A stretch of DNA of 64,000 nt from Escherichia phage EC121: the sequence record NC_054909.1. One strand, given 5' to 3'. The notes below the pieces were generated by a model. The model was not told where the DNA came from, did no database searches, and saw only the letters and a list, made by a program, of their open reading frames with translations. Below, piece after piece: positions 9,845 to 20,109 of this stretch (the stretch's first letter is position 1; each line of letters opens with the position of its first letter). The translations under genes and the position numbers were made by a program.

Positions 9845-11019
9845 TGAGTATGCTGCAACGCCCAGGATATCCAAATCTCAGCGTTAAATTATTTGATAGC
9901 TACGACGCTTGGAGTAATAATAGATTTGTTGAATTAGCTGCTACTATTACCACATTAACTATGCGGGATTCTCTTTATGGCCGAAATGAAGGAATGCTGC
10001 AGTTTTATGATTCTAAAAATATCCATACAAAAATGGATGGAAATGAAATAATTCAGATTTCTGTAGCTAATGCAAACGATATTAATAATGTTAAAACACG
10101 AATTTATGGATGTAAGCATTTTTCTGTATCTGTAGATTCAAAGGGTGATAACATCATTGCTATTGAATTGGGAACTATTCATTCCATAGAAAATCTTAAA
10201 TTTGGCAGACCGTTTTTCTCTGATGCAGGTGAATCTATAAAGGAAATGCTTGGCGTCATTTATCAGGATCGCACGTTATTAACTCCAGCAATAAATGCTA
10301 TAAATGCTTATGTTCCTGATATTCCATGGACTAGCACATTTGAAAACTATTTGTCGTATGTCAGAGAAGTTGCTCTAGCTGTAGGAAGTGACAAATTTGT
10401 ATTTGTGTGGCAAGACATCATGGGAGTTAACATGATGGACTATGATATGATGATAAATCAAGAACCGTATCCAATGATTGTCGGTGAGCCATCTTTAATA
10501 GGTCAATTCATCCAAGAATTAAAATATCCATTAGCATATGATTTCGTTTGGTTGACTAAATCGAATCCTCACAAACGCGACCCAATGAAAAATGCTACTA
10601 TTTATGCTCATTCATTTTTAGATTCTTCATTGCCAATGATTACTACAGGAAAGGGCGAAAACTCTATTGTAGTGTCAAGGTCAGGTGCTTATTCTGAAAT
10701 GACTTATAGGAATGGCTATGAAGAAGCTATTCGTCTTCAAACTATGGCGCAATATGACGGCTATGCTAAATGTTCTACTGTCGGTAATTTTAACTTGACT
10801 CCTGGCGTTAAAATTATTTTTAATGATAGTAAAAACCAATTTAAAACAGAATTTTACGTTGATGAAGTTATCCATGAATTATCCAATAATAATTCAGTAA
10901 CTCATCTATATATGTTCACTAATGCAACGAAACTGGAAACAATAGACCCAGTTAAGGTTAAAAATGAATTTAAATCTGATACTACCACTGAAGAAAGTAG
11001 TTCTTCCAATAAGCAATAA
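9844..11019 (+). CDS. 27: Baseplate hub protein gp27
   Basis: 391 aa (T4 gp27 length); TAATG overlap with gene 51. Confidence 0.85.
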   Translation: MSMLQRPGYPNLSVKLFDSYDAWSNNRFVELAATITTLTMRDSLYGRNEGMLQFYDSKNIHTKMDGNEIIQISVANANDINNVKTRIYGCKHFSVSVDSKGDNIIAIELGTIHSIENLKFGRPFFSDAGESIKEMLGVIYQDRTLLTPAINAINAYVPDIPWTSTFENYLSYVREVALAVGSDKFVFVWQDIMGVNMMDYDMMINQEPYPMIVGEPSLIGQFIQELKYPLAYDFVWLTKSNPHKRDPMKNATIYAHSFLDSSLPMITTGKGENSIVVSRSGAYSEMTYRNGYEEAIRLQTMAQYDGYAKCSTVGNFNLTPGVKIIFNDSKNQFKTEFYVDEVIHELSNNNSVTHLYMFTNATKLETIDPVKVKNEFKSDTTTEESSSSNKQ

Positions 11020-11497
11020 AGAAGTTTCTATTCCTAAAATGGGTCTTAAACATTATAACATTTTGAAAGATGTTAAAGGTCCTGATGAAAATTTAAAACT
11101 TCTTATTGATTCTATTTGTCCGAATTTATCACCAGCAGAAGTTGATTTCGTTTCCATTCATTTATTGGAATTTAATGGAAAGATTAAATCTCGTAAAGAA
11201 ATAGATGGTTATACTTATGACATTAATGATGTTTATGTATGCCAAAGATTAGAATTTCAATACCAAGGAAATACATTTTATTTTAGACCTCCTGGAAAAT
11301 TTGAACAATTTTTAACGGTGAGCGATATGTTATCCAAATGCTTGCTTAAGGTCAATGATGAAGTTAAAGAAATTAATTTTCTTGAGATGCCAGCATTCGT
11401 TTTAAAATGGGCAAATGATATTTTTACAACTTTAGCAATTCCTGGCCCTAATGGTCCAATAACCGGAATTGGCAATATTATTGGATTATTTGAATGA
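10964..11497 (+). CDS. 28: Baseplate hub distal subunit gp28
   Basis: 177 aa (T4 gp28 length); overlaps the 3' end of gene 27 in another frame. Confidence 0.7.
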   Translation: MNLNLILPLKKVVLPISNKEVSIPKMGLKHYNILKDVKGPDENLKLLIDSICPNLSPAEVDFVSIHLLEFNGKIKSRKEIDGYTYDINDVYVCQRLEFQYQGNTFYFRPPGKFEQFLTVSDMLSKCLLKVNDEVKEINFLEMPAFVLKWANDIFTTLAIPGPNGPITGIGNIIGLFE

Positions 11498-13266
11498 AAA
11501 AGCCACAAGAAATGCAAACGATGCGTAGAAAAGTTATTTCAGATAATAAACCAACACAGGAAGCGGCTAAATCCGCTTCTAACACTTTATCTGGACTTAA
11601 CGATATATCTACGAAATTGGATGATGCTCAAGCTGCTTCTGAATTAATTGCTCAAACTGTTGAAGAAAAATCGAATGAAATAATTGGAGCAATTGACAAT
11701 GTAGAAAGCGCAGTGAGTGATACTACTGCTGGTTCTGAGTTAATTGCTGAAACTGTAGAAATTGGCAACAATATTAATAAAGAAATCGGTGAATCACTCG
11801 GAAGTAAATTAGATAAATTAACAAGTTTACTAGAGCAAAAAATCCAGACAGCTGGAATTCAACAGACTGGAACTAGTTTAGCTACGGTTGAAAGCGCTAT
11901 TCCTGTTAAAGTTGTTGAGGACGATACAGCTGAATCTGTGGGTCCTTTATTACCGGCTCCTGAAGCAGTTAATAATGATCCTGATGCTGATTTTTTCCCT
12001 ACCCCTCAGCCAGTTGAACCTAAACAAGAATCGCCAGAAGAAAAACAGAAAAAAGACGCATTTAACTTAAAATTATCTCAAGCTTTAGATAAATTAACAA
12101 AGACTGTTGATTTCGGATTTAAGAAATCTATTTCAATTACTGATAAAATATCAAGCATGCTATTTAAGTATACCGTCAGTGCTGCTATTGAAGCTGCTAA
12201 AATGACAGCAATGATATTGGCTGTTGTTGTCGGAATAGACCTGTTGATGGTTCATTTCAAATATTGGTCAGATAAATTTTCACAGGCTTGGGATTTGTTT
12301 AGTTCAAACTTTACTAAATTCTCTAGTGAAACAGGAACATGGGGTCCTTTATTACAGAGCATCTTTAGTTCTATTGATGAAATTAAAAAATTCTGGGAAG
12401 AGGGAGATTGGGGCGGTTTGACGGTAGCTATTGTAGAAGGGCTTGGAAAGGTTCTTTATAATTTAGGAGAACTTATTCAGCTTGGAATGGCTAAATTATC
12501 TGCTGCAATTCTTCGAGTCATTCCTGGCATGAAGGATACCGCTGATGAAGTAGAAGGAAGAGCACTAGAAAATTTCCAAAATTCTACTGGAGCATCTCTC
12601 AATAAAGAAGACCAGGAAAAAGTTGCAAATTATCAAGATAAACGAATGAACGGAGACCTTGGTCCGATAGCAAAAGGATTAGATAAAATTGCTAATTGGA
12701 AAACTCGTGCATCTAACTGGATTCGTGGCGTTGATAATAAAGAAGCATTGACAACCGATGAAGAACGCGCAGCAGAAGAAGAAAAATTAAAGCAGCTTTC
12801 ACCAGAAGAAAGAAAAAATGCTTTAATGAAGGCTAATGAAGCTCGGGCCGCGATGATTCGTTTTGAAAAATATGCTGATTCAGCTGATATGAGTAAAGAC
12901 TCAACGGTTAAATCAGTTGAAGCTGCCTATGAAGACCTTAAAAAACGGATGGATGACCCGGATTTAAATAATTCACCGGCAGTTAAAAAAGAACTTGCTG
13001 CTAGATTTTCTAAAATTGATGCTACTTATCAAGAGCTCAAGAAAAATCAGCCTAATGCCAAACCTGAAACTTCTGCTAAATCGCCAGAAGCAAAACAAGT
13101 CCAGGTAATAGAAAAGAACAAAGCACAGCAAGCTCCTGTTCAACAAGCATCTCCTTCGATCAATAATACTAATAATGTTGTTAAGAAAAATACTGTCGTT
13201 CATAATATGACACCCGTAACGAGCACGACTGCTCCTGGTGTATTTGATGCGACCGGAGTTAATTAA
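11494..13266 (+). CDS. 29: Baseplate hub / tail length determinator gp29
   Basis: 590 aa (T4 gp29 length); ATGA overlap with gene 28. Confidence 0.85.
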   Translation: MKKPQEMQTMRRKVISDNKPTQEAAKSASNTLSGLNDISTKLDDAQAASELIAQTVEEKSNEIIGAIDNVESAVSDTTAGSELIAETVEIGNNINKEIGESLGSKLDKLTSLLEQKIQTAGIQQTGTSLATVESAIPVKVVEDDTAESVGPLLPAPEAVNNDPDADFFPTPQPVEPKQESPEEKQKKDAFNLKLSQALDKLTKTVDFGFKKSISITDKISSMLFKYTVSAAIEAAKMTAMILAVVVGIDLLMVHFKYWSDKFSQAWDLFSSNFTKFSSETGTWGPLLQSIFSSIDEIKKFWEEGDWGGLTVAIVEGLGKVLYNLGELIQLGMAKLSAAILRVIPGMKDTADEVEGRALENFQNSTGASLNKEDQEKVANYQDKRMNGDLGPIAKGLDKIANWKTRASNWIRGVDNKEALTTDEERAAEEEKLKQLSPEERKNALMKANEARAAMIRFEKYADSADMSKDSTVKSVEAAYEDLKKRMDDPDLNNSPAVKKELAARFSKIDATYQELKKNQPNAKPETSAKSPEAKQVQVIEKNKAQQAPVQQASPSINNTNNVVKKNTVVHNMTPVTSTTAPGVFDATGVN

Positions 13267-13274
13267 GGAATAAT

Positions 13275-14369
13275 ATGGCAATTGTTAAAGAAATAACTGC
13301 TGATTTAATTAAAAAGTCCGGTGAGAAAATTTCAGCCGGACAGAGTACTAAATCAGAAGTAGCAACTAAAACATACACTGCCCAGTTTCCAACTGGGCGT
13401 GCTAGTGGTAATGACACTACAGGGGACTTCCAGGTAACAGATCTATATAAGAATGGATTATTATTTACTGCATACAATATGTCATCTAGGGATTCTGGAA
13501 GTCTTAGATCGATGAGATCTAACTACTCTTCTTCATCTTCGAGTATTTTAAGTACAGCTAGAAACACTATTAGTAGTACAGTATCAAAACTATCAAATGG
13601 ATTAATATCAAATAATAATTCAGGAACAATAAGTAAAGCTCCTGTCGCAAACATTCTTTTACCGAGATCTAAATCTGACGTTGATACATCATCACATAGA
13701 TTTAATGATGTTCAAGAAAGTCTTATTAGCAGAGGCGGAGGTACTGCTACTGGTGTGTTAAGTAATATTGCTTCAACTGCAGTATTTGGGGCACTGGAAA
13801 GTATAACACAAGGTATAATGGCTGATAATAATGAACAGATTTATACGACAGCTAGAAGTATGTATGGCGGTGCTGAGAATAGAACTAAAGTGTTTACATG
13901 GGATTTGACGCCACGTTCAACAGAAGATTTAATGGCTATTATTAATATCTATCAATATTTTAACTATTTTTCTTATGGTGAAACGGGTAAATCTCAATAT
14001 GCTGCTGAAATAAAGGGGTATTTAGATGATTGGTATCGTTCTACGTTAATTGAACCTTTATCTCCGGAAGACGCAGCTAAAAATAAAACACTATTTGAGA
14101 AAATGACATCGAGTTTAACTAACGTTCTAGTAGTTTCAAACCCGACAATTTGGATGGTGAAAAACTTTGGTGCAACATCTAAGTTTGATGGAAAAACGGA
14201 AATATTTGGCCCATGCCAAATACAGAGCATCAGATTTGATAAAACGCCTAATGGTAACTTTAACGGATTAGCTATTGCTCCAAACCTCCCTAGTACATTT
14301 ACTCTTGAGATTACTATGAGAGAAATTATCACGTTAAACCGTGCTTCTTTATATGCGGGGACTTTTTAA
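13275..14369 (+). CDS. 48: Baseplate-tail tube junction protein gp48
   Basis: 364 aa (T4 gp48 length); synteny. Confidence 0.8.
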   Translation: MAIVKEITADLIKKSGEKISAGQSTKSEVATKTYTAQFPTGRASGNDTTGDFQVTDLYKNGLLFTAYNMSSRDSGSLRSMRSNYSSSSSSILSTARNTISSTVSKLSNGLISNNNSGTISKAPVANILLPRSKSDVDTSSHRFNDVQESLISRGGGTATGVLSNIASTAVFGALESITQGIMADNNEQIYTTARSMYGGAENRTKVFTWDLTPRSTEDLMAIINIYQYFNYFSYGETGKSQYAAEIKGYLDDWYRSTLIEPLSPEDAAKNKTLFEKMTSSLTNVLVVSNPTIWMVKNFGATSKFDGKTEIFGPCQIQSIRFDKTPNGNFNGLAIAPNLPSTFTLEITMREIITLNRASLYAGTF

Positions 14370-15334
14370 TGTATTCTTTAGAGGAATTTAATAATCAAGC
14401 AATAAACGCAGATTTCCAACGTAATAATATGTTTAGCTGCGTTTTTGCGACAACTCCATCAACTAAAAGCTCTTCGTTGATAAGTTCAATTAGCAACTTT
14501 TCTTATAATAACTTGGGTCTAAATTCAGATTGGTTAGGATTGACTCAAGGCGATATTAATCAGGGAATTACCACGCTAATTACCGCTGGCACACAAAAAC
14601 TGATAAGAAAATCAGGGGTTAGTAAATATCTTATTGGTGCCATGAGTCAACGTACAGTTCAAAGTTTATTGGGCTCATTTACAGTTGGTACATATTTAAT
14701 TGACTTCTTTAACATGGCATATAACTCATCTGGATTGATGATATATTCTGTAAAAATGCCAGAGAATAGATTATCCTATGAAACTGACTGGAACTATAAT
14801 TCTCCTAATATTCGTATAACTGGGAGAGAATTAGACCCTTTGGTTATTTCATTTAGGATGGATTCAGAAGCTTGTAACTATCGTGCGATGCAAGACTGGG
14901 TTAACGCTGTTCAAGACCCAGTAACTGGATTGCGTGCTTTGCCACAAGATGTCGAGGCAGATATTCAGGTTAATCTTCATGCTCGTAATGGATTACCTCA
15001 TACTGCGGTGATGTTCACTGGATGCATTCCAATGTCAGTGAGCGCTCCTGAGCTATCATATGATGGAGATAACCAAATAACTACATTTGATGTTACTTTT
15101 GCGTATAGAGTCATGCAGGCTGGGTCGGTTGATAGACAAGCTGCGCTTGAGTGGCTTGAATCTGCTGCTATAAACGGTATTCAAAGCGTTCTCGGAAATA
15201 GTGGAGGTGTTACTGGATTATCTAATTCGCTTTCACGACTTAGTAGATTAGGAGGAACTGCTGGAAGCATTTCAAACATTAATACTATGACGGGAATTGT
15301 CAACTCGCAAAGTAAAATATTAGGAGCAATATAA
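14369..15334 (+). CDS. 54: Baseplate-tail tube initiator gp54
   Basis: 321 aa; TAATG overlap with gene 48; synteny. Confidence 0.8.
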   Translation: MYSLEEFNNQAINADFQRNNMFSCVFATTPSTKSSSLISSISNFSYNNLGLNSDWLGLTQGDINQGITTLITAGTQKLIRKSGVSKYLIGAMSQRTVQSLLGSFTVGTYLIDFFNMAYNSSGLMIYSVKMPENRLSYETDWNYNSPNIRITGRELDPLVISFRMDSEACNYRAMQDWVNAVQDPVTGLRALPQDVEADIQVNLHARNGLPHTAVMFTGCIPMSVSAPELSYDGDNQITTFDVTFAYRVMQAGSVDRQAALEWLESAAINGIQSVLGNSGGVTGLSNSLSRLSRLGGTAGSISNINTMTGIVNSQSKILGAI

Positions 15335-15338
15335 CAAT

Positions 15339-15372
15339 GGGGACCGAAAGGTCCCCATATTTTTATTTACGG
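15339..15372 (+). terminator. Rho-independent terminator after gene 54
   Basis: GGGGACC-GAAA-GGTCCCC hairpin followed by ATATTTTTATTT. Confidence 0.65.
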
Positions 15373-15653
15373 AATGAAATGAAAGCAGCAACTGAAGCAA
15401 CTAAACTGTCTTCAATATAAACTTCAATTTTTACCGGAGCTTCTGACTCAAATTTACCTGTTACTACACCTTGGAAAATGCTTTCAGTCTGTTCTGGCTT
15501 TGAAAAATTTTCAGAAGGAAAAATTCCGAACTTTTTATCTGTTCCAAAAATTTTGATAAATTCATCATAAACTGCTTCATTAAAAGCGTTATCAGCAGGA
15601 ATAACGCCTTCAACTACAAGTTCTTGACCTAAAAAGCGTAAAGAAGATTTCAT
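15363..15653 (-). CDS. Hypothetical protein
   Basis: 96-aa ORF with its own early-promoter/leader cassette upstream. Confidence 0.5.
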   Translation of the reverse strand: MKSSLRFLGQELVVEGVIPADNAFNEAVYDEFIKIFGTDKKFGIFPSENFSKPEQTESIFQGVVTGKFESEAPVKIEVYIEDSLVASVAAFISFRK

Positions 15654-15660
15654 TTTGTGT

Positions 15661-15714
15661 TCCTCATGTTATGTCAGTAAGACTACTATAACACAACACG
15701 AGGGACTTGTAAAC
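15661..15714 (-). promoter_or_regulatory. T4-type early promoter plus leader, cassette copy 1
   Basis: Minus strand reads GTTTAC, 18-nt spacer, TATAGT, then a leader with GAGGA ahead of the ATG; 53 of 54 bp identical to 30938-30991. Confidence 0.55.
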
Positions 15715-17771
15715 TACATTTTGAACTTTTTAGACATTCCGTTGATGTTAACCAAAGAAGCTAAGATTTGAGAAACTTCGTTTTCCTCTTCTTTTGATTC
15801 TTCTACAAGGAATTGATTAAATCCAGCCATTGGACGAACTTCACCAGTTTCCATTAGATGGTCGCCATCATATACTGATTCTTCTAATTGTTCAGAAGGA
15901 GGAACGATTGTGCCTTCAATTAGATACTTGTTATAAGCAGTTTCTTTCATCATGTACGTGCTTACTTTATTAATCTTCAACAAAATTCCACGCGGTAGAA
16001 TAACTTCAGCTTCTGATGGAAATCCTGATAAATGACCTGGAACGATAACTTTAATTCGCTCAGCTCCTTTTATTACCATACCCACGCTAGTTTCAGCATC
16101 TTCATTAGCATATGCGGAATGACTACCCATATGCATTAAATCTTCGGCATCAACAGAACCTTCTCCTTCACCAGAAAATACTGCGCCGGAATCATCTAGA
16201 GCCATATAGTTTTTACCATGCTCACCGAAGATATTTGGTTTAAGCGATGTTGATACGAAGTTCTTGAAATAGAACATTTTATTTTCAATATTATGGCGTA
16301 AAGTTTTAAAAGTAACTTCTTGTCCACGATAAAGCGTAGTTCCCGGAGGAAGAACTGATCCTTTGGCGAATGCAGAATCCAACGTCTCGATGTGTTTAAT
16401 AGCTCGTTCCATGTATTCTTCACGGGTAGAATCTGGTTTACCCAAGAGGAACGAGTTCATTTCAACATATGAATCTGCACAATAATCTTCAATTACATCA
16501 GACTCAGCCTGAGTCAGTCCTTTTGGAGTTACTTCGGTGCTTGCGTATTCATATGCCTGAGCAGCAGATTCATTAATCAATTTATAAATGCCATTCATGA
16601 CAAATTGAATAATAGCTACCTTTTCGTCTGGTGTGGCTTTAGAACCTTTAACTAAATCATTGATAATTTTCTTAATAACATCAAAGCTATTAGAAATATT
16701 AATGTCAGCGAGATCGCTCAAAATTTTATCGGTTTTATAATCAAAAAATTCTTTATTCTTTAAATATTCTTGAGAACCTTGATGTGTTATATCGCTCTGC
16801 AGTCTGATAGACGGATCACGTAAACGTGCATGGGCCAATGCAATATGATTTCGGAAGCTTTCTAGTTCATAATCGTTAGATTTAAAACGAGAAGCACTTC
16901 TCATACCACCGATAGCTCCTTTGCCGAAGTTTGAACCAATCTGAATAACGCCAGAGTTCATTGGTCCTTCTGCTTTATATACAGGAACTTTAGATTCAAA
17001 CTCTTGATATTTCTTGGCAGCGAAGCTATCACCCTGAAGTGAAGCATCGACAGTAGAATATTGAGCTTGCGCTGCTAATCGACGACTAATTTTAGTTTTC
17101 TGAATAACAGCTTGATCCGTGCGCTTATCATTTTCTAAAGCAATAGAAGCAGCAACAGCAACAGCTTTAGGAACAGCATTACCTGTTTTAACATCTACAT
17201 AAACATCACCAACCTTTGATTCAACTTTTGTGAATAACTCAGTTGAAATAGGAGGTACGCCTGGAATGTCTTCTAAATTGGCATTTTTACGGTAAACCAT
17301 AATATATGCATACTTTTTATCATAATCCCAGATTTCCTTTAAAAGAACATATCGACCTGCTCCTTTAGTACGTACTAAACGATCAGCAATAACTTGCATT
17401 TGACGAGCTGCGCCATTTGTTTTACTTTTTAGTACGCGGAATAGGCATGCGTCAATTTTATACTGTTTCATTGTTTGAAGAGCAGTATCAAAAACCGCAT
17501 TAATGACACCAATTGGATTTCCACCCAAGTTTTTAAGTTTAACTAATGATAGTTTCTCATTAACACCTATCATTACGATATGCATCATTTTATCGCCTGG
17601 CTTAACGTTTTTATTTGTATCACCACCAGAGGTGTATGTACAAAATCTAAATCCAGGAAGCACACTTTCTTCGCCGGCTTGAATAGCAAAAATTTGAGGT
17701 ATTTTATGCTTAGGATTTAAGTTAACAACCGGCGCCGAAGCGCCGTCAAATAATTCTGTAATAAGTTCCAT
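15714..17771 (-). CDS. Alt-like ADP-ribosyltransferase, paralog B
   Basis: 685 aa; N-terminal ~230 aa highly similar to the adjacent Alt; C-terminus keeps ART motifs (LYRGQ, FVSTSL, SEAEVILPRG); middle region diverged. Confidence 0.8.
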   Translation of the reverse strand: MELITELFDGASAPVVNLNPKHKIPQIFAIQAGEESVLPGFRFCTYTSGGDTNKNVKPGDKMMHIVMIGVNEKLSLVKLKNLGGNPIGVINAVFDTALQTMKQYKIDACLFRVLKSKTNGAARQMQVIADRLVRTKGAGRYVLLKEIWDYDKKYAYIMVYRKNANLEDIPGVPPISTELFTKVESKVGDVYVDVKTGNAVPKAVAVAASIALENDKRTDQAVIQKTKISRRLAAQAQYSTVDASLQGDSFAAKKYQEFESKVPVYKAEGPMNSGVIQIGSNFGKGAIGGMRSASRFKSNDYELESFRNHIALAHARLRDPSIRLQSDITHQGSQEYLKNKEFFDYKTDKILSDLADINISNSFDVIKKIINDLVKGSKATPDEKVAIIQFVMNGIYKLINESAAQAYEYASTEVTPKGLTQAESDVIEDYCADSYVEMNSFLLGKPDSTREEYMERAIKHIETLDSAFAKGSVLPPGTTLYRGQEVTFKTLRHNIENKMFYFKNFVSTSLKPNIFGEHGKNYMALDDSGAVFSGEGEGSVDAEDLMHMGSHSAYANEDAETSVGMVIKGAERIKVIVPGHLSGFPSEAEVILPRGILLKINKVSTYMMKETAYNKYLIEGTIVPPSEQLEESVYDGDHLMETGEVRPMAGFNQFLVEESKEEENEVSQILASLVNINGMSKKFKM

Positions 17772-17774
17772 GAT

Positions 17775-19871
17775 TTATCCTTGAACGAACTTGTAAGGCA
17801 TGTTTGTAATATCTATGCAAGACGCAATAATTCCAAGAGATGATTCTACTTTTTGTTTAACATTTGATGAAACAAATGATGCAAAGTCAACTCTGTCTTC
17901 TATTTCAATATCACCTGTCATTGCAACTACTTCACCAGTTTCCATTAGACGGTCACCGTCATAAATTACTGATTCGGTGAGTTCTTCCGTAGTCATAACT
18001 TCAGCTTGAATGAGTTTTGTATTATTAGATGTTGTTCCGTCATTATTAGAAGCATCAGTTATTTTATTAACTTTGACCATCAATCCGCGTGGTAGAATAA
18101 CTTCAGCTTCTGTTGCTATTCCGAGACTTCCTGGATATACAACATTAACTTTATGAGCTCCATCAATTGCCCATCCTATTTGAACTTTAACGTATTCAGG
18201 ATTTTCTTTATACGCTCTTATTTCGTTTGGATTAATAGTTATTCCTTCTTCATTTTTATCAACTGTTAATTCATTACGAGCTTCTGGTTCTAAAAGACCA
18301 ATACCAGCATGTGTAATTCCAAAACGTCCAAAAATGATAGGAGTTAAAGAAGTAGATACAAAATTTCTGAAATAGAATACTTTATTTTTAACTAGTGCTT
18401 CGTATATAGGAGCAGTCATACTTTGAGCACGATAAACTGTAATGCCTTCTGGTATACGGTCACCATTTTCAAAAGCTGAATCTAAGTTATTTATAGCAGA
18501 TTCAATTTCTTTTTCACTCATTACATCATATCGTTCTGGATTGTAGCGTCCTAAAAGAAGATTATTGATGTCAGTATATCCTGAACCGCAATACTCTCTA
18601 ATGCCGCGCTTTTGTGATGGAGTATATTTAGAACCATCACGGGCAATAGTAATATCAATCATTGGACCTGCACCAATTCCAGAAAAGCTATAAATCATTC
18701 GTTTGAGGAATTTAGTTTTTGCTGCGTTCCAGGAATTTTTAGTTATTTCTTCCCAGACTTCATCTGGCTGTCCTTTACGGGTTTTATTATGTTTATCAAG
18801 CCAATTATCTTTATATTCTTCAAAGAGTTGATTAACAGCTGCTGCGTATTTCTCCAAACATTTTATTGAAGTAGTTGGTTCATTTTTAATCGCATTAAGA
18901 ATTACATCTTTAATCTTTTCAGAAACTTCATTAACCTCACTTTTTGAAAAGAATTTATAGTCATAATGAAGTTCATCTGCAGTTCCTTCAGCAATAATTT
19001 TTGCTGCCTTAGTTTTAGAAGCTAATGAATTAATTCCAAGCTTCATTTCTTCTGCTTCGGGAATTAAAGGAGCTGTAGCAGGTTTATTGAAATTAGCTGC
19101 GGTAGATTCATACTTCTGGAATAATTCACTTTCAAATCTAGAAGATTCTAATGATTGACTTTGTGCAATTGCTCTACGGGAAATTTTAACTTTAACGATT
19201 ACAGCTTGGTCAGAACGTTTATCGTTTTCTTGCGCAATAGATGCTGCAATTGCCTCATTTTTAGTTACTTGAGCTCCGGTATCTTTATTGATATAAACAT
19301 CACCGACCTTCGATTCAACTTTAGTAAAGAGCTCGGTACTAATTTCTGGAACTCCTGGAATGTCTTCTAGTGATACATTTTTACGATGTATAAGAATATA
19401 TGCATACTTTTTATCGTAATCCCAGAGTTCCTTAAGAAGGACGTATCTGCCACCTGAACGACTACGGATAAGTCTATCAGCAATAACTTGAATTTGTCGA
19501 GCTTGGCCAGCAGTTTTAGACTTAAGAATACGAAGCATACAAGCATCAATTTTATATTGACGCATTGTTTGCATTGCAACAGTAAAAACTGAATTGATAT
19601 AATTAATTGGGCTTGGACCAAGACCTTTTAATTTAGCAATTGAACCTTTAGCAGTTAATGTAAAAGGAACAATGTGCATCATTTTGTCGCCCATTTTTAA
19701 ATCGCGATTAGTATCACCTCCAGATGTATATGTACATAAACGAAAGCCTGGTTGTTCAATTGCATCATCAACATGAACTGAAAAAATTTGTGGTATTTTC
19801 TTCTTTGGATTTAAGTTTGTAATCGGAAGAGTAGTATCTTCGTCAAATAATTCTGTAATAAGTTCCATCAT
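17775..19871 (-). CDS. alt: Alt ADP-ribosyltransferase (virion-packaged, modifies host RNA polymerase alpha in T4)
   Basis: 698 aa; ART motifs VYRAQ, FVSTSL, ATEAEVILPRG; sits next to gene 30 as in T4; late promoter upstream. Confidence 0.8.
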   Translation of the reverse strand: MMELITELFDEDTTLPITNLNPKKKIPQIFSVHVDDAIEQPGFRLCTYTSGGDTNRDLKMGDKMMHIVPFTLTAKGSIAKLKGLGPSPINYINSVFTVAMQTMRQYKIDACMLRILKSKTAGQARQIQVIADRLIRSRSGGRYVLLKELWDYDKKYAYILIHRKNVSLEDIPGVPEISTELFTKVESKVGDVYINKDTGAQVTKNEAIAASIAQENDKRSDQAVIVKVKISRRAIAQSQSLESSRFESELFQKYESTAANFNKPATAPLIPEAEEMKLGINSLASKTKAAKIIAEGTADELHYDYKFFSKSEVNEVSEKIKDVILNAIKNEPTTSIKCLEKYAAAVNQLFEEYKDNWLDKHNKTRKGQPDEVWEEITKNSWNAAKTKFLKRMIYSFSGIGAGPMIDITIARDGSKYTPSQKRGIREYCGSGYTDINNLLLGRYNPERYDVMSEKEIESAINNLDSAFENGDRIPEGITVYRAQSMTAPIYEALVKNKVFYFRNFVSTSLTPIIFGRFGITHAGIGLLEPEARNELTVDKNEEGITINPNEIRAYKENPEYVKVQIGWAIDGAHKVNVVYPGSLGIATEAEVILPRGLMVKVNKITDASNNDGTTSNNTKLIQAEVMTTEELTESVIYDGDRLMETGEVVAMTGDIEIEDRVDFASFVSSNVKQKVESSLGIIASCIDITNMPYKFVQG

Positions 19872-19891
19872 AGCCTCTCTAGTGTTTATTC

Positions 19892-19899
19892 TATTTATA
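19892..19899 (-). promoter_or_regulatory. Late promoter (TATAAATA on minus strand) for alt
   Basis: Reverse complement is TATAAATA, about 20 nt upstream of the alt start. Confidence 0.5.
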
Positions 19900-19906
19900 A
19901 AATTAA

Positions 19907-19920
19907 AGGCCCGAAGGCCT
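19907..19920 (-). terminator. Hairpin terminator between the gene 30 unit and alt
   Basis: GGCC-CGAA/TTCG-GGCC hairpin followed on the minus strand by a T-rich run. Confidence 0.5.
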
Positions 19921-20109
19921 TTAGTAATCTAGTGGTAAGAGAGTACGATATATTTCAAACTTTGGTCCTTTTTCATAGGCATCAAATGTTTCTGTAAATT
20001 TATTGTAAGCATATGCATCTACAAATTCGAGAATGACTTGTGATACAGAAGTAGAAACATCTCCACCTTCTTTTTGAGCAATGACAATTGTTTCTAAGTA
20101 AGCTTTCAT
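19921..20109 (-). CDS. Hypothetical 62-aa protein coupled to DNA ligase
   Basis: ATG overlaps the gene 30 stop (ATGA); acidic small protein. Confidence 0.5.
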   Translation of the reverse strand: MKAYLETIVIAQKEGGDVSTSVSQVILEFVDAYAYNKFTETFDAYEKGPKFEIYRTLLPLDY

